Assembly (NCBI GenBank): GCA_030668825.1
Contig: DAOVET010000027.1
Coordinates: 1 to 31,109 of the forward strand
Length of the DNA stretch: 31,109 nt
Direction of reading: 5' to 3'
Source of the DNA: Candidatus Heimdallarchaeota archaeon
GTDB lineage: Archaea; Asgardarchaeota; Heimdallarchaeia; Heimdallarchaeales; Heimdallarchaeaceae
The position numbers were made by a program, and so were the translations under genes. The first letter of the stretch is position 1, and each line of letters opens with the position of its first letter. This document shows positions 17,438-27,032 of the stretch, one piece after another. Under the pieces are notes generated by a model. It searched no databases. It saw only the letters and a list, made by a program, of their open reading frames with translations, and was not told the origin of the DNA.

Positions 17438-19587
17438 TATTTTCGTTTTTTCTTTACCAGATAAATAATAAGAATACTAATTGGAAGCATTAGAGCTTCA
17501 AAATTGCTAGCATGTGTTGATGTTACTTCTACTATTACAGTATCACTTATTTCATTACCATATAGATCAATGACTTTACATACGAATTCATATTGTTTGG
17601 GTCCCATTCCATCAATTGATATTTGAATGGGTTCACCGCGCCATATATCTGATTCTAATAGATCGTCATTTCTTGTAATAATGTAATGAGATGGATTCAA
17701 ATCATAAGGATTCCAAGTAATATTATGACCTGAAGTTCCAGTTTCATATATAAAGTCTGAGGGATGATCAATTGTTGGAAGAGTTGATTCACTGTAAGGT
17801 ATGCCTTCAAAATTTAATGGGTAAATATCAAATGATAGTTTGTTTCCATCAATAGAGTATGCTTTGATGTGATCCCAGTTCGACCACCAATTACCTTCTT
17901 CTAGAAGTTCATTATACCAGATATTATTATGGCCATCGTTATATCCTTGAGATTCTTCCAAAAAACCATTACTAGCAAAAGAATTATGATAAATTAGAGA
18001 TCCCATTGATGTGGAAGGGATATAGATACCGTATAACTCACTCATACTTATGAGATTATTAAATATCTCACATGATTCTGAAAATGATAAATAAATACCA
18101 TGCCCGAAATTATTGTCAATTATATTATTTGAGATTACTGAAGAGTCTGCATCAGTTATATAGATACCTGCTGAATCATAGTAATGCTCATTTCCATTCA
18201 ATGAACAATTATTTCTTTCAATAAGAGTTTCCTGTGCATTGTATAATTCAATTCCATAGAATGAATTATTATTACAGGTGTTATTGATTAATTGTATTCC
18301 ATCAGCATAAAAAATAGCAATAGCAACCCTGTTTCTCGTACATGTATTATTCATAATACTTTGAATTGAAGAAATTGGAGAAGAAATATAAGATTCACCG
18401 TCTACATGTATTCCTATATGACCGTTATTAGAACAATTATTATTTAGTACACTTAATTTTCCACCAACATTCATTGAAATTCCACTTATAGAGTTATAGC
18501 TGCAGGTATTGTTTGTAATTGTAACGTTAGTACAGGAATAAAGTATTAATCCAATAGATGCATTTGTGAGAATTTGGTTTTCAAAGTTAATATTTGTACA
18601 ATTAATACAGAATAATTGTCCATAATCCGGCTCTTCAATACTTAAGTTATTGACATTTACAAAATAACCAAGTTTCTTACCATTAATTGTATTATTTAGG
18701 AATAGAATTGTTGAAGGATCATCAAGTCCAGTTTTGTACATCATAAAACCGTTTTTGAAAAAAGTATTATTACTAATAATAAGTTGTTCTATTAATTTTA
18801 AGTATAATCCAGCTTGAGTATTATCTTTTAGAAGATTACCAGTTATATTTGTTCCATCTCCATATTCAAGATATAAACCGTATCTGCTACTATCTGAACA
18901 TGTATTGTTGATTACATTAGAGTCTTTAGTCGAAAATAAGTGCATTCCATAATCATTATCTGAGCACACATTATTTGTAAAATTACAGCTATAAGAAGAT
19001 GAGACTCTTATCCCTCTTTTATTATAAGAACACGTATTGTTACTTACTTCTGAAAAATCATCATCAAATAGAAAAATACCATAATCTACGTTACCTGAGC
19101 AGATGTTATTGACAACTGTTGCATTGGGAGAATCCCAGATTTCAATTCCAAAATCACTATGATTATTACATGTATTATTTATGATTACAGCTGTCCTTTC
19201 AGCTACATCATCTATCGAAATTCCTGTTTCTTGAGCACTAATTATGCAGTTTCTTACTATGAAATATTTAGTTGTATATTGAATCTTAATACCAATATTC
19301 ATAGTTGTAGTGATAGTATAATTTTCAATTAAGTATGGTTCATTTTCAGTACCTAATCCTGAGAATCCTAAAGAGATAAAATCATCGTCTGAATCAATGA
19401 CAATAGGGTCATGTGAAGTAGATGTTAAAAAGAGATTATTATTATCTCTGTTTGTAGAACCAATATATATTGAGAATTTTTGATTTTCTGATTCTGCAGC
19501 AGATTTATTCAAGTTACTTGAACTTAAGAACAGAATTAATACTGCTGCTAAAAATATTTTTCTTAATGACCTTGATTTAATTTTCAT
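17434..19587 (-). CDS. NosD-like right-handed parallel beta-helix surface protein
   Basis: Signal peptide, GxGTxxxPYxIEN, many NNTCxxN...GI repeats, YHNSF, EGNWWS, DIYPL, an Ig-like segment, and a TM + KKKRKY tail. Confidence 0.88.
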   Translation of the reverse strand: MKIKSRSLRKIFLAAVLILFLSSSNLNKSAAESENQKFSIYIGSTNRDNNNLFLTSTSHDPIVIDSDDDFISLGFSGLGTENEPYLIENYTITTTMNIGIKIQYTTKYFIVRNCIISAQETGISIDDVAERTAVIINNTCNNHSDFGIEIWDSPNATVVNNICSGNVDYGIFLFDDDFSEVSNNTCSYNKRGIRVSSSYSCNFTNNVCSDNDYGMHLFSTKDSNVINNTCSDSSRYGLYLEYGDGTNITGNLLKDNTQAGLYLKLIEQLIISNNTFFKNGFMMYKTGLDDPSTILFLNNTINGKKLGYFVNVNNLSIEEPDYGQLFCINCTNINFENQILTNASIGLILYSCTNVTITNNTCSYNSISGISMNVGGKLSVLNNNCSNNGHIGIHVDGESYISSPISSIQSIMNNTCTRNRVAIAIFYADGIQLINNTCNNNSFYGIELYNAQETLIERNNCSLNGNEHYYDSAGIYITDADSSVISNNIIDNNFGHGIYLSFSESCEIFNNLISMSELYGIYIPSTSMGSLIYHNSFASNGFLEESQGYNDGHNNIWYNELLEEGNWWSNWDHIKAYSIDGNKLSFDIYPLNFEGIPYSESTLPTIDHPSDFIYETGTSGHNITWNPYDLNPSHYIITRNDDLLESDIWRGEPIQISIDGMGPKQYEFVCKVIDLYGNEISDTVIVEVTSTHASNFEALMLPISILIIYLVKKKRKY

Positions 19588-19719
19588 CTTTAATTCAACT
19601 TATGATAGTATACTAGAGAAGCTACACTGATTCAACTAATAAACATTGTGCAGAAGTTTAACACAACCATGAAAAATAGATATAGGAAGTTTTATACGAA
19701 ATAGGGAAAAAATAAAGAA

Positions 19720-21444
19720 TTAAGGTAACTCAAACCATTTGTAAACATCCTGTTCCCAAGCAATACTATCTTCTTTCTCAATTTTTTCAAGCAATTGATA
19801 TTCAGTAGTAGACAAATTATCAGTTTTACATTTCTTAAACAGGACTAGTAATTTTTTGAAATTCTCATAGTGTGCTGTAACTCTATGCTCTGCGTAGTCA
19901 CGAGCTGCCCAGGTTGATATAAGAAACTCCCAGTCAGAAGAGGAAAGCAAGAATAACTCTCTACCCAATTGATTAATAAGCCTTTTAGCAACATCAAATA
20001 GGGGGTAGTTAGTGTTTTTGAATTCTTGAATTGCTTCCAGATAAAGTTCTTCTACTTCGTATATATATTTCCAACACCATGTAGTGTTATCATTCAACCA
20101 TATCCAATGGAAATTTCCTTCTCCCCATGATCCTTCAGGAAGAGAGACAAATGTTTCTTTATCTGGTGGATGCAATTTCAAATAACTTTTGCAAGTTGTA
20201 GTCTCTATTTCATCATCATTGTAAGCATGTTTGAGTACTCTTTCTAGAAAACCAATCCCTTCGAACCACCAGTGACCAAATAGCTCAAAATCATAAGGAC
20301 TCACAAGAATTCCTGGTTCTGATGTGTTATTGTAGTTATCTAGAAGAGTTTCTTTAGCTATTTTGAAGTAATATTCGGAGTTTTCATCCAATCTCCCAAC
20401 TGTTTTCAAGTCATTATAGATTTCTTTATTCCCTAAATCTACATCCTTTCCAGTAGTTCGCCAATATCTGTTCCCACTTGGAAAATGCTTTTTGTGAAAT
20501 TCTAAGTAATATTCATCACCTGGGAAACCAATATCTCCTGACCAAACCATTACCCCTGTCTTATTATCTCTTGTAAAGAAATTAATTCTATTATCATATT
20601 CTTTAGAATCTTCTACAATATACGGTCTGTAAGGTGTTAGATCATATCCTTGAATCTCAGGCTTTTCTTTCTCAAATTGTTTCCAAAGGAATTTCAACGC
20701 ATCAAATCTATCAAGATAAGCACCTATTCCCTTTCCACCTTTCAGCAGAGGAGTATCAACGAGGAAGTATTTGATGTTGTTTTTCTGAAGATAATAGTCT
20801 ACACCCTTACGATCTATGACTTCTCCTGTAACAGGATTTTTCCATTGATAACCAGGCCTATAAGCTAATTCAGGAAGCCAAAAACCTTGAGAATCATTTC
20901 CTCCAAATCGATGTTTGTAAATACTTTGCCCTGCTTTGATTTGAGCGTTAACAGTTTCTTCTTTTCCAAGAAGAGGAAGATATCCATGAGTTAGACCACT
21001 AGTGATAATTTCAATAACTCCTTTATCTTGAAGATCTCTATAACCATCAGTTAGATTTCGATTGAATCTTTCAACGAACTGCTGTCTTACTGAAGAATAG
21101 TAGTTTGCCCATCTTTCTGCAAGATGTGCTAAATTACTTTCACCTATCCAATTAAAATGATCTTTATCTTTATAACTAGTATTAATCCTATCATCAAGAT
21201 AATTCTCAAAACCCGCTTTGAATCTAGGATGAGCCAATTGTTCACTTAAAACAGGAGTTAAACCAATAGTTAACAGATTTGAGAATCCTTCATTTTCACT
21301 TAGATTTGTTAACATAGAAAGTGTAGGGGTATAAGTTTCAGCTGCTGCTTCATAGAGCCACACTTCACCGTGGGGCCATACACCTTGTTCTAAGACGAAG
21401 GGTAAGTGCCCATGTAGAACAAAATTGAGATATCCTTTGGTCAT
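19720..21444 (-). CDS. GH57 1,4-alpha-glucan branching enzyme (DUF1957 type)
   Basis: HGHLPFV, WLYEAAAETY, THGYLPL, FWLPELAY, VWSGDIGFPGD.Y.EFH, YDFELFGHWWFEG, LSSSDWEF. Confidence 0.92.
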   Translation of the reverse strand: MTKGYLNFVLHGHLPFVLEQGVWPHGEVWLYEAAAETYTPTLSMLTNLSENEGFSNLLTIGLTPVLSEQLAHPRFKAGFENYLDDRINTSYKDKDHFNWIGESNLAHLAERWANYYSSVRQQFVERFNRNLTDGYRDLQDKGVIEIITSGLTHGYLPLLGKEETVNAQIKAGQSIYKHRFGGNDSQGFWLPELAYRPGYQWKNPVTGEVIDRKGVDYYLQKNNIKYFLVDTPLLKGGKGIGAYLDRFDALKFLWKQFEKEKPEIQGYDLTPYRPYIVEDSKEYDNRINFFTRDNKTGVMVWSGDIGFPGDEYYLEFHKKHFPSGNRYWRTTGKDVDLGNKEIYNDLKTVGRLDENSEYYFKIAKETLLDNYNNTSEPGILVSPYDFELFGHWWFEGIGFLERVLKHAYNDDEIETTTCKSYLKLHPPDKETFVSLPEGSWGEGNFHWIWLNDNTTWCWKYIYEVEELYLEAIQEFKNTNYPLFDVAKRLINQLGRELFLLSSSDWEFLISTWAARDYAEHRVTAHYENFKKLLVLFKKCKTDNLSTTEYQLLEKIEKEDSIAWEQDVYKWFELP

Positions 21445-21505
21445 TAAGAACTACTAAAAATACTCATTCTTTAATTTTGTTGAATAATTACAATTTTTGA
21501 AGGAC

Positions 21506-21658
21506 TCACAAGAGGTTATGCGGATAATGTTGTCGAATGTTGAGTATAATTCCACAACTCATACAGAACTTTTCTCTTTTAGCTATGGGTCTCCCACACT
21601 TTAAACACACATTAACCTTCTCTTCCTCATTTTTTACCTTTTTAATCACTTTTTTCAA
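21506..21658 (-). CDS. 50-aa zinc-ribbon protein (absent from the ORF track)
   Basis: Manual translation MKKVIKKVKNEEEKVNVCLKCGRPIAKREKFCMSCGIILNIRQHYPHNLL*. CxxCG-x8-FCxxCG; GGTGA SD upstream of the TTG. Confidence 0.75.
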   Translation of the reverse strand: MKKVIKKVKNEEEKVNVCLKCGRPIAKREKFCMSCGIILNIRQHYPHNLL

Positions 21659-23046
21659 GATAGCTCACCATCAAGTGTTTCGACCATTTGATATGTTTCA
21701 TTCATTATTCTTTCTCTATCTTCGCTATTCTCAGCACAGACTTTTATTGTGATTCTACTCGGAATAATAGTGCTGAAGACATGGCTTCATTGTCTGTCAT
21801 CATGAATGATCTTAACACCGTTTAATGTGTTTATTACCATGTTTTGATTATCCCTCTCATAAATCTTTTTTAAGAACAATTCTGGGTTCGAGACAAGTGA
21901 ATACAATTTCTCTTCGAATATCTCTTTATTGCATATATCTCGTTCTTCTGCAAAGGTGGAAATATACTTGTGCTTCTCATCTCTTGCAAAAGATGATAAA
22001 AGTAAGAGAGTTGACATAAAGGGTTCAGATTCATTAGAAATGGTTGGGTGGATGTAATTACCTTGTTCATTAGCACCAAACATTGCTCGGTGAAACTGTA
22101 TTGTTTTGGCAAGCTCTCCAGGAAAATCATTCGAAAAGATGACCTCTATCCCATTATCTTTAAGCCATGTTTCAAGAGGCCATAATGTATGAGATAGAAC
22201 AACTTTCCCTTTCTTTCTTCCAATCATCTTGTTCTGGAGAAGAATTGTTACAATTATACAAGGATCTATCATTCTACCATGTTCGTCTAGGTAAAGAGCT
22301 CTTGAACCGCTAGGATCAAATGCTATCCCTAAATCACCATTTGCTGCAACGATTGTCCTAGATAAAATTGATAGCGAAATTGGACTAGGTAAGGATTCAG
22401 GTATTCCTTCTGGTTTGAAAGCATTTAATGTAAGTACATTGCATCCTTGTTCAGCTAAAATATTCGGAAAAACTTCTGCCATTGGTCCAAAGGCACAATC
22501 TACAACAACTGAATAATTCTGCTGCTTCAAAATTTCTGTTCCTACAGCTGAACTGATAGCTGCTCGATAGAGATCATTGGCTTGTTTTACAGACAAAATA
22601 TCAGCTATTTTTTGAGGTTGAGATCTTTGAATTTTTATTTGAGAAACTTTGTTTTTTGAAAAAATATCCGGAAAGGGAATTTCGACACCTGTTTGATCAA
22701 AAATTCTTATATTGATCTTATTTGAAGTTCTATGTGCAGCTGCAAGATGAATTCCCGCATGAGCACTAAAACGTCTAAGAGCAAATTGAACGACAGGAAG
22801 AGAACTAGCATGCAGATCGAAAACAGTTGTACCTACACTAATCAAGCCAGAACTAAATGCTCTACTAATCATTCTAGTATCTTTTCGAAAATCTCTTGCA
22901 GAAACAACAACCGCCTCCTCACCGCCCAGATAACTTCCTAACAACGCTCCGAGAGTAGCAGCTCTTTCAGGAGACAATTCACTAGCTGTCCCAGCAAGCC
23001 TGTTCTTACGAATTAAATCGGAAAAATCATGATCGTCAGCAGTCAT
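21655..23046 (-). pseudogene. Phosphoglucomutase/phosphomannomutase-like protein, catalytically degenerate, with an internal TGA at 21787-21789
   Basis: ARDFRKDTRM, IRIFDQTG, VVVDCAFG and DLGIAFD are PGM-fold motifs. The frame continues 43 codons past the TGA (SHVFST...IKVCAENSEDRERIMNE...ELS*), completing domain IV. Confidence 0.75.
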
Positions 23047-23114
23047 TCAATAAAAATATGATTCTATGTTTTTTAAATGTGTTTGAGAAAAAAGATAAGA
23101 AAAAGAGAATGTGA

Positions 23115-25361
23115 TTATTTTTTCAATCGCTTTCTTATTCGGAAAATAACCATCATACTAGATGTAAATAGAATTGGTATTGTGAACAGAAACCCAGTTT
23201 TTGTTGGTGTGGGTGTGGTTATTGGTGTTTCAGGTTCTTTTGGATTTAGGGGAAATATATCTACAGAGTAACCATAACCTCCAATTCTGTAAGCGTAACT
23301 AACAATATTCGACCACCAATTACCTTCCTGAGTGTTAATATCGTACCAAGTGTTGTTGTAGCCGTCGTCCCAACCTTGAGATTTCATACCTGTAACATCA
23401 TTTAGTTGGTTATTTATGAAATAATTATGGTGGATCAAGTTATGATCACAGCGAGAATCTAGAGATATTCCATATTCGAAATTTTCTCTAAATGTATTGT
23501 GAGTAAATGTGCAATAATCTGTAAACTTAGCTTTAATTCCAAAGAAATTGTAGCTTATATTATTTGAATAGATATCCGCTCTTAAGATATTGTTCATGTA
23601 GACACCATCTACATTATTGTTTAGTATCTTTGATTCATAGACATCGATATCATTAACAAATAAGAAATACATCCCCCATTCAGCAAAAGCACAAGTAACG
23701 TTGTATATAATCATTTCAGAAGTATAGTATGCAAAGATACCAACTACAGTATTTTGCTGAAATATAGAACTGGTTACATTCACGTTTTCATTATATCGTA
23801 ATTCCAAACCCCATATATTAAATTCACAGATATTATTGTCAATGCTAACATTGTCACAGTATAGAATATCTATTGCGTTAGCTGAATTATAAGAAATGAT
23901 GTTATTTTTAATTTCCAAAGAACTGACGTAAATTGCAACAATACCATCTATATTGTTTTCGATTCTATTATCTGATATTGTTATATCATTGCATTCGACA
24001 ACAACCATACTTGTAATTATGTTTGTTAATACAGTTCCAAAAATACTGCATGAATTGGAAAACGCGAGAAGTATCCCTATTTGAGTGTCATTAATAGTTT
24101 GATTGTATATTTCTATATTTGAAGAGTTTATAACAATAATCTCTCCATATTGTACTGCCCCAGATAAAACTAAGCTATGATCATTAAAGAAGAATCCTAA
24201 AGGTTTGTCATTAACAGTGTTATTTTCAACGATATAAGTAGCTAGAATTTCTACATTTGCATTCTCTATGACCAAACCATCGCTATAAAATTCGTTGTTA
24301 CTTATTGTCATATTAGGAGAATTGTAGAAGTTCAGACCGTTTGAATTATTGTTAAAAGTGTTGGAATCAATTATTATTTTGTTTGAATTAAAAACATCAA
24401 TTCCATGACCTAAGTTTGTATCAAAGATGTTATTATGAAAGGTACAATTTGAACTCTCATAAGAGTAGATTCCGAAAAGTGTTCTAACAAAATATTGATT
24501 TTCAATAAAAACATTGGAACAGTTGAACAGGAAAATTTGGCCGTACTCTGTATCTGTTAGATAAAGAGATTCAACGTTTTTGAAATAACCTATTTTTTGG
24601 TTATTTACTATATTTCCAAGAAGTTCATAATGTAAGTATGTCTCTAGACTTTCTTCATAAATTCTTATACCATTATTTTCAAAGGTGTTATTATAAACAA
24701 AAGAACCATTAGCTAAGAAAAAGTCCATCCCAAAGTATTTGTTGTTAATGAGAGAATTATTTGCGTATGTACTACCTTGTAGTTCGTGTCTTAAATACAT
24801 CCCACTAAAAAGATTAGATCCACATGTATTGTTGAATATATAACAATCAGATGAATAACGTATTTCAAATCCAAATTCATTACCAATACAAAGATTATTT
24901 TCTGCAGTGATTCCTACTGATTGTAAAATAAAAATACCTGCATCACCATTATTTTCACAAATATTGTTGCTTACATTCCCATTTCCAAACTTAACATTTT
25001 GGATAAGAATTCCATAAAGGAGAGAGTTTCTAATTACACAGTTCTGAACAATAAAATATTGTGATACACCGCTAATAAATATTCCATATCCTAAAGAATC
25101 TTGAATAAGATAATCTTCGATACGATATGGGTTATCAATTGATCCATTTCCAGGCAGCCCCAAGGTTATAAAATCGGTGTCGGAGTAAATATTGATCGGG
25201 AAAGAAGATGCCAACAACGAAATTTGGTTTGAGAAGTTATCCTCAGTTTTTGGAAGAACTTCGCTTGTAATAGCAGCTGATTGGTTGAACATTATACTAA
25301 CACTTAGAAGTGAAAATAGAACAATAACTTTAGTCACGAGTCTTTTTTTCAATTGAGACAT
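23115..25361 (-). CDS. NosD-like right-handed parallel beta-helix surface protein
   Basis: Signal peptide, GNGSIDNPYRIE, Asn-ladder repeats, IHHNYF, EGNWWS, DIFPL, Pro/Thr linker, TM + RKRLKK tail. Confidence 0.88.
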   Translation of the reverse strand: MSQLKKRLVTKVIVLFSLLSVSIMFNQSAAITSEVLPKTEDNFSNQISLLASSFPINIYSDTDFITLGLPGNGSIDNPYRIEDYLIQDSLGYGIFISGVSQYFIVQNCVIRNSLLYGILIQNVKFGNGNVSNNICENNGDAGIFILQSVGITAENNLCIGNEFGFEIRYSSDCYIFNNTCGSNLFSGMYLRHELQGSTYANNSLINNKYFGMDFFLANGSFVYNNTFENNGIRIYEESLETYLHYELLGNIVNNQKIGYFKNVESLYLTDTEYGQIFLFNCSNVFIENQYFVRTLFGIYSYESSNCTFHNNIFDTNLGHGIDVFNSNKIIIDSNTFNNNSNGLNFYNSPNMTISNNEFYSDGLVIENANVEILATYIVENNTVNDKPLGFFFNDHSLVLSGAVQYGEIIVINSSNIEIYNQTINDTQIGILLAFSNSCSIFGTVLTNIITSMVVVECNDITISDNRIENNIDGIVAIYVSSLEIKNNIISYNSANAIDILYCDNVSIDNNICEFNIWGLELRYNENVNVTSSIFQQNTVVGIFAYYTSEMIIYNVTCAFAEWGMYFLFVNDIDVYESKILNNNVDGVYMNNILRADIYSNNISYNFFGIKAKFTDYCTFTHNTFRENFEYGISLDSRCDHNLIHHNYFINNQLNDVTGMKSQGWDDGYNNTWYDINTQEGNWWSNIVSYAYRIGGYGYSVDIFPLNPKEPETPITTPTPTKTGFLFTIPILFTSSMMVIFRIRKRLKK

Positions 25362-25420
25362 CTTCCTAATATACCATGTTTAATTCTCAGCCACTTATAT
25401 ATATGTCTAAACGCTAATTT

Positions 25421-25912
25421 TCAGGTAGTTGTCTTGAACATATTCCAGAAGTCTAATTTTACAAGAAATGAAGTGAAATACTTCTTTTTTGAAATCAGCA
25501 CTAAGACAAACAAGATTACAGAGCAGATAGCAGAAAATAGACAAAATTCACAGAAGAGTTTAATTTTAAAAATCTCTACTGAAGTTAGATAGATGGAAAA
25601 ACCTAATCCCCATAAACTCGCAACAGGGAGGAAGAAACTTAACCAATATTCATTTTTGTTGAACAATGCTAGAAATAATAATGTAATAAAAATTAGATAA
25701 AAGATCACTCCCCAGAGACTTACATGAACACCTAAGAATTTTGCATAAGGACTGGTATTTACTGTTTCACACTGGAAAATTCCTTGATTAATTAAACACT
25801 GAAAATTTCCAGAAAGTTCCATGTACAAAAGATAGAGTGCATCAAGAAAAGCGAATAAAGAAACCACTATAGAGGCTTGTAAAAGTGTTTTTACAAGTTT
25901 GTTTTCTTCCAT
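25421..25912 (-). CDS. Vitamin K epoxide reductase (VKOR) family protein
   Basis: Loop cysteines C...CETVNTSPYAKFLG, TM helices, active-site FCEFC. ATG 25912 is preferred over the ORF-track start at 25933. Confidence 0.9.
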   Translation of the reverse strand: MEENKLVKTLLQASIVVSLFAFLDALYLLYMELSGNFQCLINQGIFQCETVNTSPYAKFLGVHVSLWGVIFYLIFITLLFLALFNKNEYWLSFFLPVASLWGLGFSIYLTSVEIFKIKLFCEFCLFSAICSVILFVLVLISKKKYFTSFLVKLDFWNMFKTTT

Positions 25913-25995
25913 TCTCTTCACTGTGAATGACAAATTATATAAAGGATGTCAACTTATGTAGTTATTGATAATAAAATAGTTGAAAGGGGTTCAAA

Positions 25996-26520
25996 TTGCC
26001 GTTAAAAGAGATTGAGTGCCACAATTGTGGTACCAAAATAAAGAAGAGAGTAGGGGAAGCGATAAATTTATCTGAAAATCCTAAGAGCATCAAAGATGTC
26101 ATCGAAGGTAAGGTAAATTTTTCATATTGTCCAAAATGCAAAACAAAAATAGAGCATAAGACGCATGTTTTACTTACATACATGGATCCGCCTAGATGGA
26201 TATGGTTAGTATCTAAAAAACATCAAAATCCCAATTATAAAGAGGAATTTTTCACTTCAGTTTTACCTCCTGGTTCAGCTCAATTCATTGATCAAGAGAT
26301 GATTTTTGTTGAGTTTGGTGAACCTTGTGAGTGTCTGAAGTTTGTTCTAGATAATAAACAACCTCAATCCTGTGAAGATTGGTTAAATCTGGGTAAGCTT
26401 CATACGGGTAAAGAAGCTATAAATTGTTACAAAAATGCTCTAAAGATGAATAGAGGTCTATCAGAAGCTAAAACATTGATGAATGCTGAAATGACTAAAC
26501 TAAAAAGTTACTCCTTGTGA
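25996..26520 (+). CDS. CpXC zinc-ribbon domain protein with a C-terminal TPR-like repeat
   Basis: CHNCG...IN...G.VN...CPKC...LLTYMDP (CpXC pattern); WLNLG...AINCYKNALKMN (TPR). Confidence 0.75.
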   Translation: MPLKEIECHNCGTKIKKRVGEAINLSENPKSIKDVIEGKVNFSYCPKCKTKIEHKTHVLLTYMDPPRWIWLVSKKHQNPNYKEEFFTSVLPPGSAQFIDQEMIFVEFGEPCECLKFVLDNKQPQSCEDWLNLGKLHTGKEAINCYKNALKMNRGLSEAKTLMNAEMTKLKSYSL

Positions 26521-26529
26521 AAAGTGATG

Positions 26530-26910
26530 TTAGAGTAAATTTGCTGTAGATTCATTATTTGCTTGTTTTTCTCTTAATTGAGACAAGACACTTACAGCTC
26601 TTCTCATTTCAGGAATGACTATAGATCCTCCAACAATAAGAGATACTGATAATGTTTCTGCTATTTCATCATCACTGCATCCTTCTTGAACAGCCCTAAT
26701 CATATGTTAGCTTATACAATCCTCACAACTCAGTACTAATGAAGTTGAAAGACCTAATAATCCCTTAAATTTAGCAGGCAGAGCACCTTCTAAATATGCT
26801 CCTGTATCTAAAGCGTAAAATCTGTTAATCCGTTTATTCTGTAAAGCAAAGATTTTTTCATTCATCTCTTCTCTATATTTCCTAAAATTCTCAAACTCAT
26901 TCACTGCCAT
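26530..26910 (-). pseudogene. Carboxymuconolactone decarboxylase/AhpD-family protein interrupted by TAA at 26707-26709
   Basis: RFYALDTGAYLEGAL...LSCEDCIS*HMIRAVQEGCSDDEIAETLSVSLIVGGSIVIPEMRRA. The frame stays open 58 codons past the stop. Confidence 0.85.
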
Positions 26911-27032
26911 TACCACATTCAAATTTATAAAGAGAAATATAATCTTTGCTGTCAGCTGAAACTAAACCAATAATTAATAAAGCTAATAAATCATTAACTC
27001 ATATCTCAATGTTGCAGAAAGGGTTGAATCAA

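Noticed and set aside
21787-21789. Selenocysteine or genome-wide UGA=Trp recoding
   Set aside because: The position corresponds to Trp rather than a redox Cys, I recognised no SECIS, and TGA terminates other genes here at the expected ends.
20650-23271. Short + strand ORFs at 20650, 21537, 21825, 21870, 22732 and 23077
   Set aside because: Antisense to GH57, the Zn-ribbon, PGM or NosD genes. The 21537 ORF is displaced by the better minus-strand Zn-ribbon gene.
17434-25361. NosD-like genes as nitrous-oxide reductase components or DGR targets
   Set aside because: No nos genes, reverse transcriptase or template/variable repeat pair seen; the repeats are protein-level beta-helix turns.
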